Assembly (NCBI GenBank): GCA_950097015.1
Contig: CATNEN010000029.1
Span: 2,790,001-2,854,000, forward strand
Direction of reading: 5' to 3'
Length of the DNA: 64,000 bases
Source of the DNA: Macrostomum hystrix
Lineage: Eukaryota > Animalia > Platyhelminthes
Shown here: positions 36,330-50,600 of the stretch, in pieces
Layout: each line of letters starts with the position of its first letter
How positions within the stretch are numbered: the stretch's first letter is position 1
Translations under genes and position numbers: made by a program
The notes under the pieces: model-generated
What the model was told of the DNA's origin: nothing
What the model saw: only the letters and a program-made list of their open reading frames with translations
The model's database searches: none

Positions 36330-39300
36330 GACGGGAGAGAGGCTCTGGAGTGACGGGAGAGAGGCTCTGGAGTGATGGGAGAGAGGCTCTGGAGTGATGG
36401 GAGAGAGGCTCTGGAGTGATGGGAGAGAGGCTCTGGAGTGATGGGAGAGAGGCTCTGGAGTGATGGGAGAGAGGCTCTGGAGTGACGGGAGAGTGGCTCT
36501 GGAGTGATGGGAGAGAGGCTCTGGAGTGACGGGAGAGAGACTCTGGAGTGACGGGAGAGTGGCTCTGGAGTGACGGGAGAGTGGCTCTGGAGTGACGGGA
36601 GAGAGACTCTGGAGTGACGGGAGAGAGGCTCTGGAGTGATGGGAGAGTGGCTCTGGAGTGACGGGAGAGAGGCTCTGGAGTGACGGGAGAGAGGCTCTGG
36701 AGTGACGGGAGAGTGGCTCTGGAGTGACGGGAGAGAGACTCTGGAGTGACGGGAGAGTGGCTCTGGAGTGACGGGAGAGAGACTCTGGAGTGACGGGAGA
36801 GTGGCTCTGGAGTGACGGGAGAGTGGCTCTGGAGTGACGGGAGAGAGGCTCTGGAGTGACGGGAGAGAGGCTCTGGAGTGATGGGAGAGTGGCTCTGGAG
36901 TGACGGGAGAGAGACTCTGGAGTGACGGGAGAGTGGCTCTGGAGTGACGGGAGAGTGGCTCTGGAGTGACGGGAGAGAGGCTCTGGAGTGACGGGAGAGA
37001 GGCTCTCGAGTGATGGGAGAGAGGCTCTAGAGTGACGGGAGAGAGGCTCTCGAGTGATGGGAGAGAGGCTCTGGAGTGACGGGAGAGAGACTCTGGAGTG
37101 ACGGGAGAGTGGCTCTGGAGTGACGGGAGAGAGGCTCTCGAGTGATGGGAGAGAGACTCTGGAGTGACGGGAGAGAGACTCTGGAGTGATGGGAGAGAGG
37201 CTCTGGAGTGACGGGAGAGAGGCTCTGGAGTGATGGGAGAGTGGCTCTGGAGTGACGGGAGAGAGACTCTGGAGTGACGGGAGAGTGGCTCTGGAGTGAC
37301 GGGAGAGAGACTCTGGAGTGACGAGAGAGAGGCTCTGGAGTGACGGGAGAGTGGCTCTGGAGTGACGGGAGAGAGGCTCTCGAGTGATGGGAGAGAGGCT
37401 CTGGAGTGACGGGAGAGAGGCTCTGGAGTGATGGGAGAGTGGCTCTGGAGTGACGGGAGAGAGGCTCTGGAGTGACGGGAGAGAGGCTCTGGAGTGACGG
37501 GAGAGAGACTCTGGAGTGACGGGAGAGTGGCTCTGGAGTGACGGGAGAGAGACTCTGGAGTGACGAGAGAGAGGCTCTGGAGTGACGGGAGAGTGGCTCT
37601 GGAGTGACGGGAGAGAGGCTCTCGAGTGATGGGAGAGAGGCTCTGGAGTGACGGGAGAGAGGCTCTCGAGTGATGGGAGAGAGGCTCTAGAGTGACGGGA
37701 GAGAGGCTTTAGAGTGACGGGAGAGAGACTCTGGAGTGACGGGAGAGTGGCTCTGGAGTGACGGGAGAGAGGCTCTCGAGTGATGGGAGAGAGGCTCTGG
37801 AGTGACGGGAGAGAGACTCTGGAGTGATGGGAGAGAGGCTCTGGAGTGACGAGAGAGAGGCTCTGGAGTGATGGGAGAGAGGCTCTGGAGTGTCGAGAGA
37901 GAGGCTCTGGAGTGACGGGAGAGAGGCTCTGGAGTGACGGGAGAGAGGCTCTCGAGTGATGGGAGAGAGGCTCTAGAGTGACGGGAGAGAGACTCTGGAG
38001 TGACGGGAGAGTGGCTCTGGAGTGACGGGAGAGAGGCTCTCGAGTGATGGGAGAGAGGCTCTGGAGTGACGGGAGAGAGACTCTCGAGTGATGGGAGAGA
38101 GGCTCTAGAGTGACGGGAGAGAGACTCTCGAGTGATGGGAGAGAGGCTCTGGAGTGACGGGAGAGAGACTCTCGAGTGATGGGAGAGAGGCTCTAGAGTG
38201 ACGGGAGAGAGACTCTGGAGTGACGGGAGAGTGGCTCTGGAGTGACGGGAGAGAGGCTCTCGAGTGATGGGAGAGAGAGGCTCTGGAGTGACGAGAGAGA
38301 GGCTCTGGAGTGACGGGAGAGAGGCTCTGGAGTGACGGGAGAGTGGCTCTGGAGTGACGGGAGAGAGACTCTGGAGTGACGGGAGAGTGGCTCTGGAGTG
38401 ACGGGAGAGTGGCTCTGGAGTGACGGGAGAGAGGCTCTGGAGTGACGGGAGAGAGGCTCTGGAGTGATGGGAGAGTGGCTCTGGAGTGACGGGAGAGAGA
38501 CTCTGGAGTGACGGGAGAGTGGCTCTGGAGTGACGGGAGAGTGGCTCTGGAGTGACGGGAGAGAGGCTCTGGAGTGACGGGAGAGAGGCTCTCGAGTGAT
38601 GGGAGAGAGGCTCTAGAGTGACGGGAGAGAGGCTCTCGAGTGATGGGAGAGAGGCTCTGGAGTGACGGGAGAGAGACTCTGGAGTGACGGGAGAGTGGCT
38701 CTGGAGTGACGGGAGAGAGGCTCTCGAGTGATGGGAGAGAGACTCTGGAGTGACGGGAGAGAGACTCTGGAGTGATGGGAGAGAGGCTCTGGAGTGACGG
38801 GAGAGAGGCTCTGGAGTGATGGGAGAGTGGCTCTGGAGTGACGGGAGAGAGACTCTGGAGTGACGGGAGAGTGGCTCTGGAGTGACGGGAGAGAGACTCT
38901 GGAGTGACGAGAGAGAGGCTCTGGAGTGACGGGAGAGTGGCTCTGGAGTGACGGGAGAGAGGCTCTCGAGTGATGGGAGAGAGGCTCTGGAGTGACGGGA
39001 GAGAGGCTCTGGAGTGATGGGAGAGTGGCTCTGGAGTGACGGGAGAGAGGCTCTGGAGTGACGGGAGAGAGGCTCTGGAGTGACGGGAGAGAGACTCTGG
39101 AGTGACGGGAGAGTGGCTCTGGAGTGACGGGAGAGAGACTCTGGAGTGACGAGAGAGAGGCTCTGGAGTGACGGGAGAGTGGCTCTGGAGTGACGGGAGA
39201 GAGGCTCTCGAGTGATGGGAGAGAGGCTCTGGAGTGACGGGAGAGAGGCTCTCGAGTGATGGGAGAGAGGCTCTAGAGTGACGGGAGAGAGGCTTTAGAG

Positions 39301-42300
39301 TGACGGGAGAGAGACTCTGGAGTGACGGGAGAGTGGCTCTGGAGTGACGGGAGAGAGGCTCTCGAGTGATGGGAGAGAGGCTCTGGAGTGACGGGAGAGA
39401 GACTCTGGAGTGATGGGAGAGAGGCTCTGGAGTGACGAGAGAGAGGCTCTGGAGTGATGGGAGAGAGGCTCTGGAGTGTCGAGAGAGAGGCTCTGGAGTG
39501 ACGGGAGAGAGGCTCTGGAGTGACGGGAGAGAGGCTCTCGAGTGATGGGAGAGAGGCTCTAGAGTGACGGGAGAGAGACTCTGGAGTGACGGGAGAGTGG
39601 CTCTGGAGTGACGGGAGAGAGGCTCTCGAGTGATGGGAGAGAGGCTCTGGAGTGACGGGAGAGAGACTCTCGAGTGATGGGAGAGAGGCTCTAGAGTGAC
39701 GGGAGAGAGACTCTCGAGTGATGGGAGAGAGGCTCTGGAGTGACGGGAGAGAGACTCTCGAGTGATGGGAGAGAGGCTCTAGAGTGACGGGAGAGAGACT
39801 CTCGAGTGATGGGAGAGTGGCTCTGGAGTGACGGGAGAGAGGCTCTCGAGTGATGGGAGAGAGAGGCTCTGGAGTGACGAGAGAGAGGCTCTGGAGTGAC
39901 GGGAGAGAGGCTCTGGAGTGACGGGAGAGTGGCTCTGGAGTGACGGGAGAGAGACTCTGGAGTGACGGGAGAGAGGCTCTGGAGTGATGGGAGAGTGGCT
40001 CTGGAGTGACGGGAGAGAGGCTCTGGAGTGACGGGAGAGAGGCTCTGGAGTGACGGGAGAGTGGCTCTGGAGTGACGGGAGAGAGACTCTGGAGTGACGG
40101 GAGAGTGGCTCTGGAGTGACGGGAGAGAGACTCTGGAGTGACGGGAGAGTGGCTCTGGAGTGACGGGAGAGTGGCTCTGGAGTGACGGGAGAGAGGCTCT
40201 GGAGTGACGGGAGAGAGGCTCTGGAGTGATGGGAGAGTGGCTCTGGAGTGACGGGAGAGAGACTCTGGAGTGACGGGAGAGTGGCTCTGGAGTGACGGGA
40301 GAGTGGCTCTGGAGTGACGGGAGAGAGGCTCTGGAGTGACGGGAGAGAGGCTCTCGAGTGATGGGAGAGAGGCTCTAGAGTGACGGGAGAGAGGCTCTCG
40401 AGTGATGGGAGAGAGGCTCTGGAGTGACGGGAGAGAGACTCTGGAGTGACGGGAGAGTGGCTCTGGAGTGACGGGAGAGAGGCTCTCGAGTGATGGGAGA
40501 GAGACTCTGGAGTGACGGGAGAGAGACTCTGGAGTGATGGGAGAGAGGCTCTGGAGTGACGGGAGAGAGGCTCTGGAGTGATGGGAGAGTGGCTCTGGAG
40601 TGACGGGAGAGAGACTCTGGAGTGACGGGAGAGTGGCTCTGGAGTGACGGGAGAGAGACTCTGGAGTGACGAGAGAGAGGCTCTGGAGTGACGGGAGAGT
40701 GGCTCTGGAGTGACGGGAGAGAGGCTCTCGAGTGATGGGAGAGAGGCTCTGGAGTGACGGGAGAGAGGCTCTGGAGTGATGGGAGAGTGGCTCTGGAGTG
40801 ACGGGAGAGAGGCTCTGGAGTGACGGGAGAGAGGCTCTGGAGTGACGGGAGAGAGACTCTGGAGTGACGGGAGAGTGGCTCTGGAGTGACGGGAGAGAGA
40901 CTCTGGAGTGACGAGAGAGAGGCTCTGGAGTGACGGGAGAGTGGCTCTGGAGTGACGGGAGAGAGGCTCTCGAGTGATGGGAGAGAGGCTCTGGAGTGAC
41001 GGGAGAGAGGCTCTCGAGTGATGGGAGAGAGGCTCTAGAGTGACGGGAGAGAGGCTTTAGAGTGACGGGAGAGAGACTCTGGAGTGACGGGAGAGTGGCT
41101 CTGGAGTGACGGGAGAGAGGCTCTCGAGTGATGGGAGAGAGGCTCTGGAGTGACGGGAGAGAGACTCTGGAGTGATGGGAGAGAGGCTCTGGAGTGACGA
41201 GAGAGAGGCTCTGGAGTGATGGGAGAGAGGCTCTGGAGTGTCGAGAGAGAGGCTCTGGAGTGACGGGAGAGAGGCTCTGGAGTGACGGGAGAGAGGCTCT
41301 CGAGTGATGGGAGAGAGGCTCTAGAGTGACGGGAGAGAGACTCTGGAGTGACGGGAGAGTGGCTCTGGAGTGACGGGAGAGAGGCTCTCGAGTGATGGGA
41401 GAGAGGCTCTGGAGTGACGGGAGAGAGACTCTCGAGTGATGGGAGAGAGGCTCTAGAGTGACGGGAGAGAGACTCTCGAGTGATGGGAGAGAGGCTCTGG
41501 AGTGACGGGAGAGAGACTCTCGAGTGATGGGAGAGAGGCTCTAGAGTGACGGGAGAGAGACTCTGGAGTGACGGGAGAGTGGCTCTGGAGTGACGGGAGA
41601 GAGGCTCTCGAGTGATGGGAGAGAGAGGCTCTGGAGTGACGAGAGAGAGGCTCTGGAGTGACGGGAGAGAGGCTCTGGAGTGACGGGAGAGAGACTCTAG
41701 AGTGACGGGAGAGAGGCTCTGGAGTGACGGGAGAGAGGCTCTGGAGTGACGGGAGAGAGGCTCTAGAGTGACGGGAGAGAGACTCTGGAGTGACGGGAGA
41801 GAGGCTCTGGAGTGATGGGAGAGAGGCTCTGGAGTGACGGGAGAGAGACTCTGGAGTGACGGGAGAGAGGCTCTCGAGTGTTGGGAGAGAGGCTCTAGAG
41901 TGACGGGAGAGAGGCTCTAGAGTGACGGGAGAGAGACTCTGGAGTGACGGGAGAGTGGCTCTGGAGTGACGGGAGAGAGGCTCTCGAGTGATGGGAGAGA
42001 GGCTCTGGAGTGACGGGAGAGAGACTCTGGAGTGATGGGAGAGAGGCTCTGGAGTGACGAGAGAGAGGCTCTGGAGTGATGGGAGAGAGGCTCTGGAGTG
42101 TCGAGAGAGAGGCTCTGGAGTGACGGGAGAGAGGCTCTGGAGTGACGGGAGAGAGGCTCTCGAGTGATGGGAGAGAGGCTCTAGAGTGACGGGAGAGAGA
42201 CTCTGGAGTGACGGGAGAGTGGCTCTGGAGTGACGGGAGAGAGGCTCTCGAGTGATGGGAGAGAGGCTCTGGAGTGACGGGAGAGAGACTCTCGAGTGAT

Positions 42301-42948
42301 GGGAGAGAGGCTCTAGAGTGACGGGAGAGAGACTCTGGAGTGACGGGAGAGTGGCTCTGGAGTGACGGGAGAGAGGCTCTCGAGTGATGGGGGAGAGAGG
42401 CTCTGGAGTGACGGGAGAGAGGCTCTGGAGTGACGGGAGAGAGGCTCTGGAGTGACGGGAGAGAGACTCTAGAGTGACGGGAGAGAGGCTCTGGAGTGAC
42501 GGGAGAGAGGCTCTGGAGTGACGGGAGAGAGGCTCTGGAGTGACGGGAGAGAGGCTCTGGAGTGATGGGAGAGAGGCTCTGGAGTGATGGGAGAGAGACT
42601 CTGGAGTGATTGGAGAGAGACTCTGGAGTGACGGGAGAGAGGCTCTGGAGTGATGGGAGAGAGGCTCTGGAGTGACGGGAGAGAGACTCTGGAGTGACGG
42701 GAGAGAGGCTCTGGAGTGACGGGAGAGAGGCTCTGGAGTGACGGGAGAGAGGCTCTGGAGTGACGGGAGAGAGACTCTGGAGTGACGGGAGAGAGGCTCT
42801 GGAGTGACGGGAGAGTGGCTCTGGAGTGACGGGAGAGAGGCTCTGGAGTGACGGGAGAGAGGCTCTGGAGTGACGGGAGAGAGGCTCTGGAGTGACGGGA
42901 GAGAGGCTCTGGAGTGACGGGAGAGAGACTCTGGAGTGATGGGAGAGA
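36330..42948. repeat. 22-bp purine-rich satellite (GGAGTGACGGGAGAGAGGCTCT), about 300 units, with higher-order structure
   Basis: Direct periodicity; rare variants recur at 1586-bp and 1762-bp spacings. Confidence 0.98.
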
Positions 42949-43947
42949 GTGCAGATTATGGTCAAAAGGATTTCGAACAAAAAGATCAAGTGAAAAAAAG
43001 ATAAAAAATAAGAGGCATGAAAAAGGATAAAGAATAGGGAAAGGAATATCGATGCTAGAAAGATAAAAACAGCAAGTAGGAAAATAATGATAAAATAACG
43101 AAAACGGGAATAGAAACAGAATCACTGCCAGTTAAATAGCACAGGTGCGAATCAATATAAAACGATGGTTTTCAAGCCGAGAGAGGTCAAGCGGTTTTAA
43201 CAAGATGGACAAGCTAAATAAAACCTTATTGGTCAGACGTGCAGTCGAGTTTTTGCTATTTTTAGAATCCTAGGGCACGTGACCAACCGACACAGCCAAT
43301 CAGAATAAATCTGAATAGATGGAAGACAATTTTTTTGGGCGTAAGTCAAGAATCTACAGTATTAAACTAGCTTATAAAAACCTCACTCAGCTAGATTTCT
43401 TCGGCTTGAAAAGAATAAAAACAAGTGCTTAATAGAATAAATTATTACACGATTAAGCACAAGCGCATATTGGAACACGCTTGCACTGAGGGTTGCGGGA
43501 ACAAACCACACAGATTTAAGATCCCATTTACCCTGATATATGGGAATGAATTGTCGAGCTAAACCTAATCCCCAACAATGTATAACAGGATGAATCTACT
43601 GTTCATATCCTATATAGCTAATCAGAAAAACAAATATAAAAAATCACTTTACTTAGTGGAAGAGTATTTAAAGCAAAGACAACGTGTCAACAAACGGAAT
43701 TAAAAATAACAGTCATAATTATAATCATAACGATAAAAGATACAAAATTATTGAAAGAATTTCAAGGGCCTAGTGGAAAAGACCCCGATCAGTTATTTGA
43801 TTCTGAAAATCTCATTAAAAGTCATGGGATTGCAAGCAGTTATGACAGTGCAGTTAAGGCAGTGAACTTTAGTCCTCATTGAAACAAACTGATGCCCCGA
43901 TTAATCAGCAACATTAAACGTTCAACAGCCCGCGGTTCGTTTACGCT

Positions 43948-46900
43948 CTAAACGCTCAGGCAGACGTCCAGAAATCCCATGGCAATGTCGTCAACAATGC
44001 TCGGGTCCGGGATGCGCTGAGCTGTGCCATAGATTGCACCCTGTGGATTTGGAGCAAACGGCAGTGCTGAGCACACATTTCCCCTTGTAGCTAATAGCTG
44101 TTTCCTGCACACTACTCACCATTCCAGTGTCCTTCGCTGTCGGATCCTTTATGAGGACGGCGGCGGCATCGCGGATGTCGCGCAGCAGGCGCTCCGCCAC
44201 ACCCGGCTGCGTGTGCACATAGGTGCAGCAGATGTGGAAACTGCAGTGTGCGGGCCGAGGTATGGGTATAATGCCATTTGACACACCTTGGCCATCACAC
44301 CAAACTGCCATTTGACACACCTTGGCCATCACACCAAACTGCAATTTGACACACCTTGGCCATCACACCAAACTGCCATTTGACACACCTTGGCCATCAC
44401 ACCAAACTGCCATTTGACACACCTTGGCCATCACACCAAACTGCCATTTGACACACCTTGGCCATCACACCAAACTGCCATTTGACACACCTTGGCCATC
44501 ACACCAAACTGCCACTTGACAGCCCTTGCTCATCACACCAAACTGCCACTTGACAGCCCTTGCTCATCACACCAAACTGCCACTTGACAGCTCTTGGTCA
44601 TCACACCAAACTGCCACTTGACAGCTCTTGCTCATCACACCAAACTGCCACTTGACAGCCCTTGCTCATCACACCAAACTGCCACTTGACAGCCCTTGCT
44701 CATCACACCAAACTGCCACTTGACAGCTCTTGCTCATCACGCCAAACTGCCACTTGACAGCTCTTGGCCATCACACCAAACTGCCACTTGACAGCTCTTG
44801 CTCATCACGCCAAACTGCCACTTGACAGCTCTTGGCCATCACACCAAACTGCCACTTGACAGCTCTTGCTCATCACGCCAAACTGCCACTTGACAGCTCT
44901 TGGCCATCACACCAAACTGCCACTTGACAGCTCTTGGCCATCACACCAAACTGCCACTTGACAGCCCTTGCTCATCACACCAAACTGCCACTTGACAGCT
45001 CTTGGCCATCACACCAAACTGCCACTTGACAGCCCTTGCTCATCACACCAAACTGCCACTTGACAGCCCTTGCTCATCACACCAAACTGCCACTTGACAG
45101 CCCTTGCTCATCACACCAAACTGCCACTTGACAGCTCTTGCTCATCACACCAAACTGCCACTTGACAGCTCTTGGCCATCACACCAAACTGCCACTTGAC
45201 AGCCCTTGCTCATCACACCAAACTGCCACTTGACAGCCCTTGCTCATCACACCAAACTGCCACTTGACAGCCCTTGCTCATCACACCAAACTGCCACTTG
45301 ACAGCTCTTGCTCATCACACCAAACTGCCACTTGACAGCTCTTGGTCATCACATCAAATACGCGATTGAACCATTTTTATTGAATCGTTGGCACTAAGTA
45401 ATAGATTAAAAAATTAAAAGTTTTGTTCACTTTGAAAGAAACAATTTTTGTTTGAAACAATTTGTCGATTTGTATCTGGGAAAAGAATTGATATATGAAT
45501 ATATAAATTCTTTTAAAGGGGGAAAATACTACTTTCTCGGAGGGCACTTCAAACATTGCTAATCAAATATTTGCAATACGATGTGAAAGCGAAGAAATTT
45601 TCGCTACCTCTAATCTGGAGTTCTGGCATTGGGGTCAAAGCTCCCCCACCCCCACCCAGGTCAGCCATGAAAACAGGAAAAACACAGGAGCAGTGTGGCC
45701 CACAACACTGACCTAGCTGGCTTCTGCAGCATGTTCAGGCTCCAGCCCTTCTCCTTCAGCGCCTCGGCTAGGCGGTAGGGACTGAACTGATCGCTGCCAA
45801 TGCCGATGACGCTCATCTGTGGGTCACCCATCAGCTTGACGCCTTCGATTTCTTGCACTCTGCGAGTTCAGTCAGATTTCGGATTCTCATAATAATTTTG
45901 TTCAATTTAGCTTTATTATATCAGATAATCATGATATCTTTTCAGCCCGAGTCACTAACCCGGCTTTGATCTTGCGCGCCGTGCCCACAATCTTCTTGGT
46001 GGCGTCCACGTAGCCTTCGACGCCAAAGTGAAGCAGAGTGGCCCAGCAGGCAGCGATCACTGCGCCAGGACGCGAACCTGCGGAGCATTGTCAAGAGCGC
46101 CTCGGCGATCAATAATGGCTTAGGGATGAAAGTTGGGGATCAGGGATGATAGCATTGGGGATCAGGGATGACAGGGGGAATCAGGGATAACAGTGTAGGG
46201 GATCAGGGATGACTGTGTAGGGGATCAGGGATGACAGTGTAGGGGATCAGGGATGACTGTGTAAGGGATCAGGGATAACAGTGTAGGGGATCAGGGATGA
46301 CTGTGCAGGGGATCAGGGATGACAGTGTAGGGGATCAGGGATAACAGTGTAGGGGATCAGGGATGACAGTGTAGGGGATCAGGGATGACAGTGTATGGGA
46401 TCAGGGATAACAGTGTAGGGGATCAGGGATGACAGTGTTGGGGATCAGGGATGGCAGTGTGTGGACTAGGGATGACAGTGTTGGGGATCAGGGATGACAG
46501 TGTGGGGGATCAGGGATTAGTGTTAGGGATCAGGGATTAGTTCTGGGGATCACGGATGATAGTGTGGGGATTGATGATGTTGGTACGAGCTGTAAGTATT
46601 TCAGATTTTCTGGAACTCGCAAAGCTAGAAAGCACTAACCAGGCATAGTCGGTGAAGCATAGAAGCCGCCGCACCAGCCAGTGTAGGAGAAGAACTGGTG
46701 CTTGCGGTACTCGGCACTGCGATACAGCAGCACCGAAGATCCTTTAGGCGCGAAAGCGTACTGCGGATTGCGAACATGGTTCAAGTAATTGCTTGTTTAA
46801 AAAAGCATACCTCCAATAAACATTTCCTGATTAGGTTGGGTCTAGGAAGTGGATAAGGTTAACGGCTATGCACATGTGGATTGGGTTGGGAAGGAAGTGA

Positions 46901-47601
46901 GGTTGGCGGTTATGAACACTTGGGTTGGGAAGGGAGTGAGGTTGGCGGCTATGTACACTTGGGTTGGGAAGGGAGTGGGGTTGGCGGCTATGTACACTTG
47001 GGTTGGGTTTGGATTGGAGTGAGGTTGGCGGCTAAGTACTCTTGGGTTGGGTTTAGATGGGAGTGAGGTTGGCGGCTATGTACACTTGGGTTAAGTTTGG
47101 AGGGGAGTGAGGTTGACAGCTATGTACACTTGGGTTGGTAAGGGAGTGAGGCTGGCGGCTATGTACACTCCAGCGCTCTGATTGGCTGCTGCTTAGATTT
47201 AGACAGTCACCTTGTGAGTGTCGCAGGAGATGCTGGTCACGCCGGGCACGCGGAAGTCAACAGGCTCAACCGGAAAGCCGGCCTGCTCCATGAAGGGCAG
47301 GAGGAAGCCACCAAGGCAGGCGTCAACATGAACCGGCACGCCGTACTTGATGCCAAGCTGGGAAAAACAAACGGATAAAATAATGATAGAGTAAAAACTG
47401 TCTAATAGTTGACATAAAAATGGCTATGAATGTATTTACCGACTTGAGCATTCTGGTTACTAGTATAACACATGAGAGAGACTGACATTGCGGCAGGAAT
47501 TCCACATGCCAAACAAAGTCATGTTATTGAATCCGCGTATGAGATAGCCGCTCATTACGGGCACCGATGAGTCGGAATGAAGTTAAAAACCTATCTTTCT
47601 C

Positions 47602-47636
<35 letters not shown>

Positions 47637-50600
47637 GTCATCGACACGATATGCAAAATAGAATCTCTTCGGGCAGAATGATTTGTACAATTTCCTATTA
47701 AGGAAATAATTGCAACTCAACATCAGATTATGCAGAATATGAAGGACTAAAGCAAAAAGATAATTCAGCTGTTGCATGAGCACTCACAGCTAGTGCCTTT
47801 GAGATAGAAATTCTTTGCACTGCTTCCCGTTTATAAACGCACTCAGAGGCCAATACCGCATGTATTTATATAACTATTTTTTGCAGAATGATCAGAATAA
47901 AACCCTATGAAGCAGCAAAAAAAGAGTTTGAACACGTGGCCAGACCAACCGAATGACTGACACGCAACACCGGCACAGCTCCCCCGCCCCCCCCAACTTT
48001 CAGAGTTAGCTTTTAGAGTTGGCACGAGAAAAGTAGATGGAAACACACTGGCCTTATCTAAATATCCCTAATGGATGGCAAGTAAAACACACCAGTCTGG
48101 TGAAGTCCGCTCAAAAGGAAATACTTAAACCAGATGCTGGCTGTGTTGTGCCTCAGTACAAAAACAAACGAAAATAAGTGTTGGAGCATTAATGCAGCCA
48201 AGACTATGATGGGCTCACAACACTTCATTGGCAAACTGCTTTGCATTAATGACAATGTAAGCACTACTGAAAACTGGATTGGATAACACTCAGGTGGGAC
48301 AATAGCAGTCTGATGCACACAGTGAAACACTCAGGTGGGACAATAGCAGCCTGATGCACACACTGAAACACTCAGGTGGGATAATAGCAGCCTGATGCAC
48401 ACACTGAAACACTCAGGTGAGACAATAGCAGCCTGATGCACACACTGAAACACTCAGGTGGGACAATAGCAGTCTGATGCACACAGTGAAACACTCAGGT
48501 GGGACAATAGCAGCCTGATGCACACACTGAAACACTCAGGTGGGATAATAGCAGCCTGATGCACACACTGAAACACTCAGGTGAGACAATAGCAGCCTGA
48601 TGCACACACTGAAACACTCAGGTGAGACAATAGCAGCCTGATGCACACACTGAAACACTCAGGTGAGACAATAGCAGCCTGATGCACACACTGAAACACT
48701 CAGGTGGGACAATAGCAGCCTGATGCACACACTGAAACACTCAGGTGACACAATAGCAGCTTGATGCACACACTGAAACACTCAGGTGGGACAATAGCAG
48801 CCTGATGCACACACTGAAACACTCAGGTGGGACAATAGCAGCCTGATGCACACACTGAAACACTCAGGTGAGACAATAGCAGCCTGATGCACACACTGAA
48901 ACACTCAGGTGGGACAATAGCAGCCTGATGCACACACTGAAACACTCAGGTGGGACAATAGCAGTCTGATGCACACACTGAAACACTCAGGTGACACAAT
49001 AGCAGCCTGATGCACACACTGAAACACTCAGGTGACACAATAGCAGCCTGATGCACACACTGAAACACTCAAGTGGGACAATAGCAGCCTGATGCACACA
49101 CTGAAACACTCAGGTGGGACAATAGCAGCCTGATGCACACACTGAAACACTCAGGTGGGATAATAGCAGTCTGATGCACACACTGAAACACTCAGGTGAG
49201 ACAATAGCAGCCTGATGCACACACTGAAACACTCAGGTGGGACAATAGCAGCCTGATGCACACACTGAAACACTCAGGTGAGACAATAGCAGTCTGATGT
49301 ACACACTGAAACACTCAGGTGGGACAATAGCAGCCTGATGCACACACTGAAACACTCAGGTGGGATAATAGCATCCTGATGCACACACTGAAACACTCAG
49401 GTGGGACAATAGCAGCCTGATGCACACACTGAAACACTCAGGTGGGACAATAGCAGCCTGATGCACACACTGAAACACTCAGGTGACACAATAGCAGCCT
49501 GATGCACTGAGAGGTACGGGATGCACCTGAAAGCACTGATAAGCGCCGTTGCACAGAAAAAAAATTGAGAAGGTCTAGCGCACAGTATTAAAAAAGGGGG
49601 TAAAAATGAGATGCATTTATTATTGTTACATTTTATACTTGTATTCGCAAGTAGCCAGTCTAATGCGAAAGAAGGAGCGAGAAGCCAGACCTTTAGTCTG
49701 GAAAAAGTGCAAAATTATTTATCTGAATTTTTACATTCAATTACGAACATAGAGTCGTAAAGACAGGATTTTCTGCCTCTAGAAGAATATATCAAATTTT
49801 CAGATAATTCTGTTAAAAAAACATACGTAGAAAACCGCTAAAACTCATAAAAAGAATTTGTCTGATTACTATGTGGGTTGTCTAATTGAAAATTGATTGT
49901 AGGACAAGTGGGGGTAAATAAGAAAATTAGGACGTAGGCAGATGCAACACCCAGATAGACACACACAGAACAAGCGAACTAAAATGTTTTAAATCAAAAG
50001 ACTTCCCTAAAAAACAATCATTAGGATAGTAGAGCAGTGAAGCAGTCGTTTAATGGCCCTGATTTTCGGGACAGCGGGTTGCAAGCGTTAAAGACTAGTT
50101 AAACAAATTTGGAGCCAAACTAGGAATATAACTCAATGGGATAAGATAAAACGATACAAACTTGGGATTAACTGTGGCTTAGTCCCCGTTAGGCATTTTG
50201 GTAAGAAAAAAATCCCCCTTGGGAAATCTTTTGACTAGCTCGGATTACTGAGGAATCAATCAAATATCTGAGGAATCAATGGGATAACTGAGGAATCAAT
50301 GGGATAGCTAAGGAATCAATGGGATAACTGAGGAATCAATGGGATAGCTAAGGAATCAATGGGATAACTGAGGAATCAATGGGATAGCTGAGGAATCGAT
50401 GGGATTGCTGAGGAATCGATGGGATAACTGAGGAATCAATGGGATAGCTGAGGAATCGATGGGATAGCTGAGGAATCGATGGGATAGCTGAGGAATCGAT
50501 GGGATAACTGAGGAATCAATGGGATAGCTGAGGAATCAATGGGATAGCTGAGGAATCGATGGGATAGCTGAGGAATCAATGGGATAGCTGAGGAATCAAT

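Noticed and set aside
41895-43125. Ser/Pro-rich minus-strand ORFs
   Set aside because: Translations of the 22-bp satellite.
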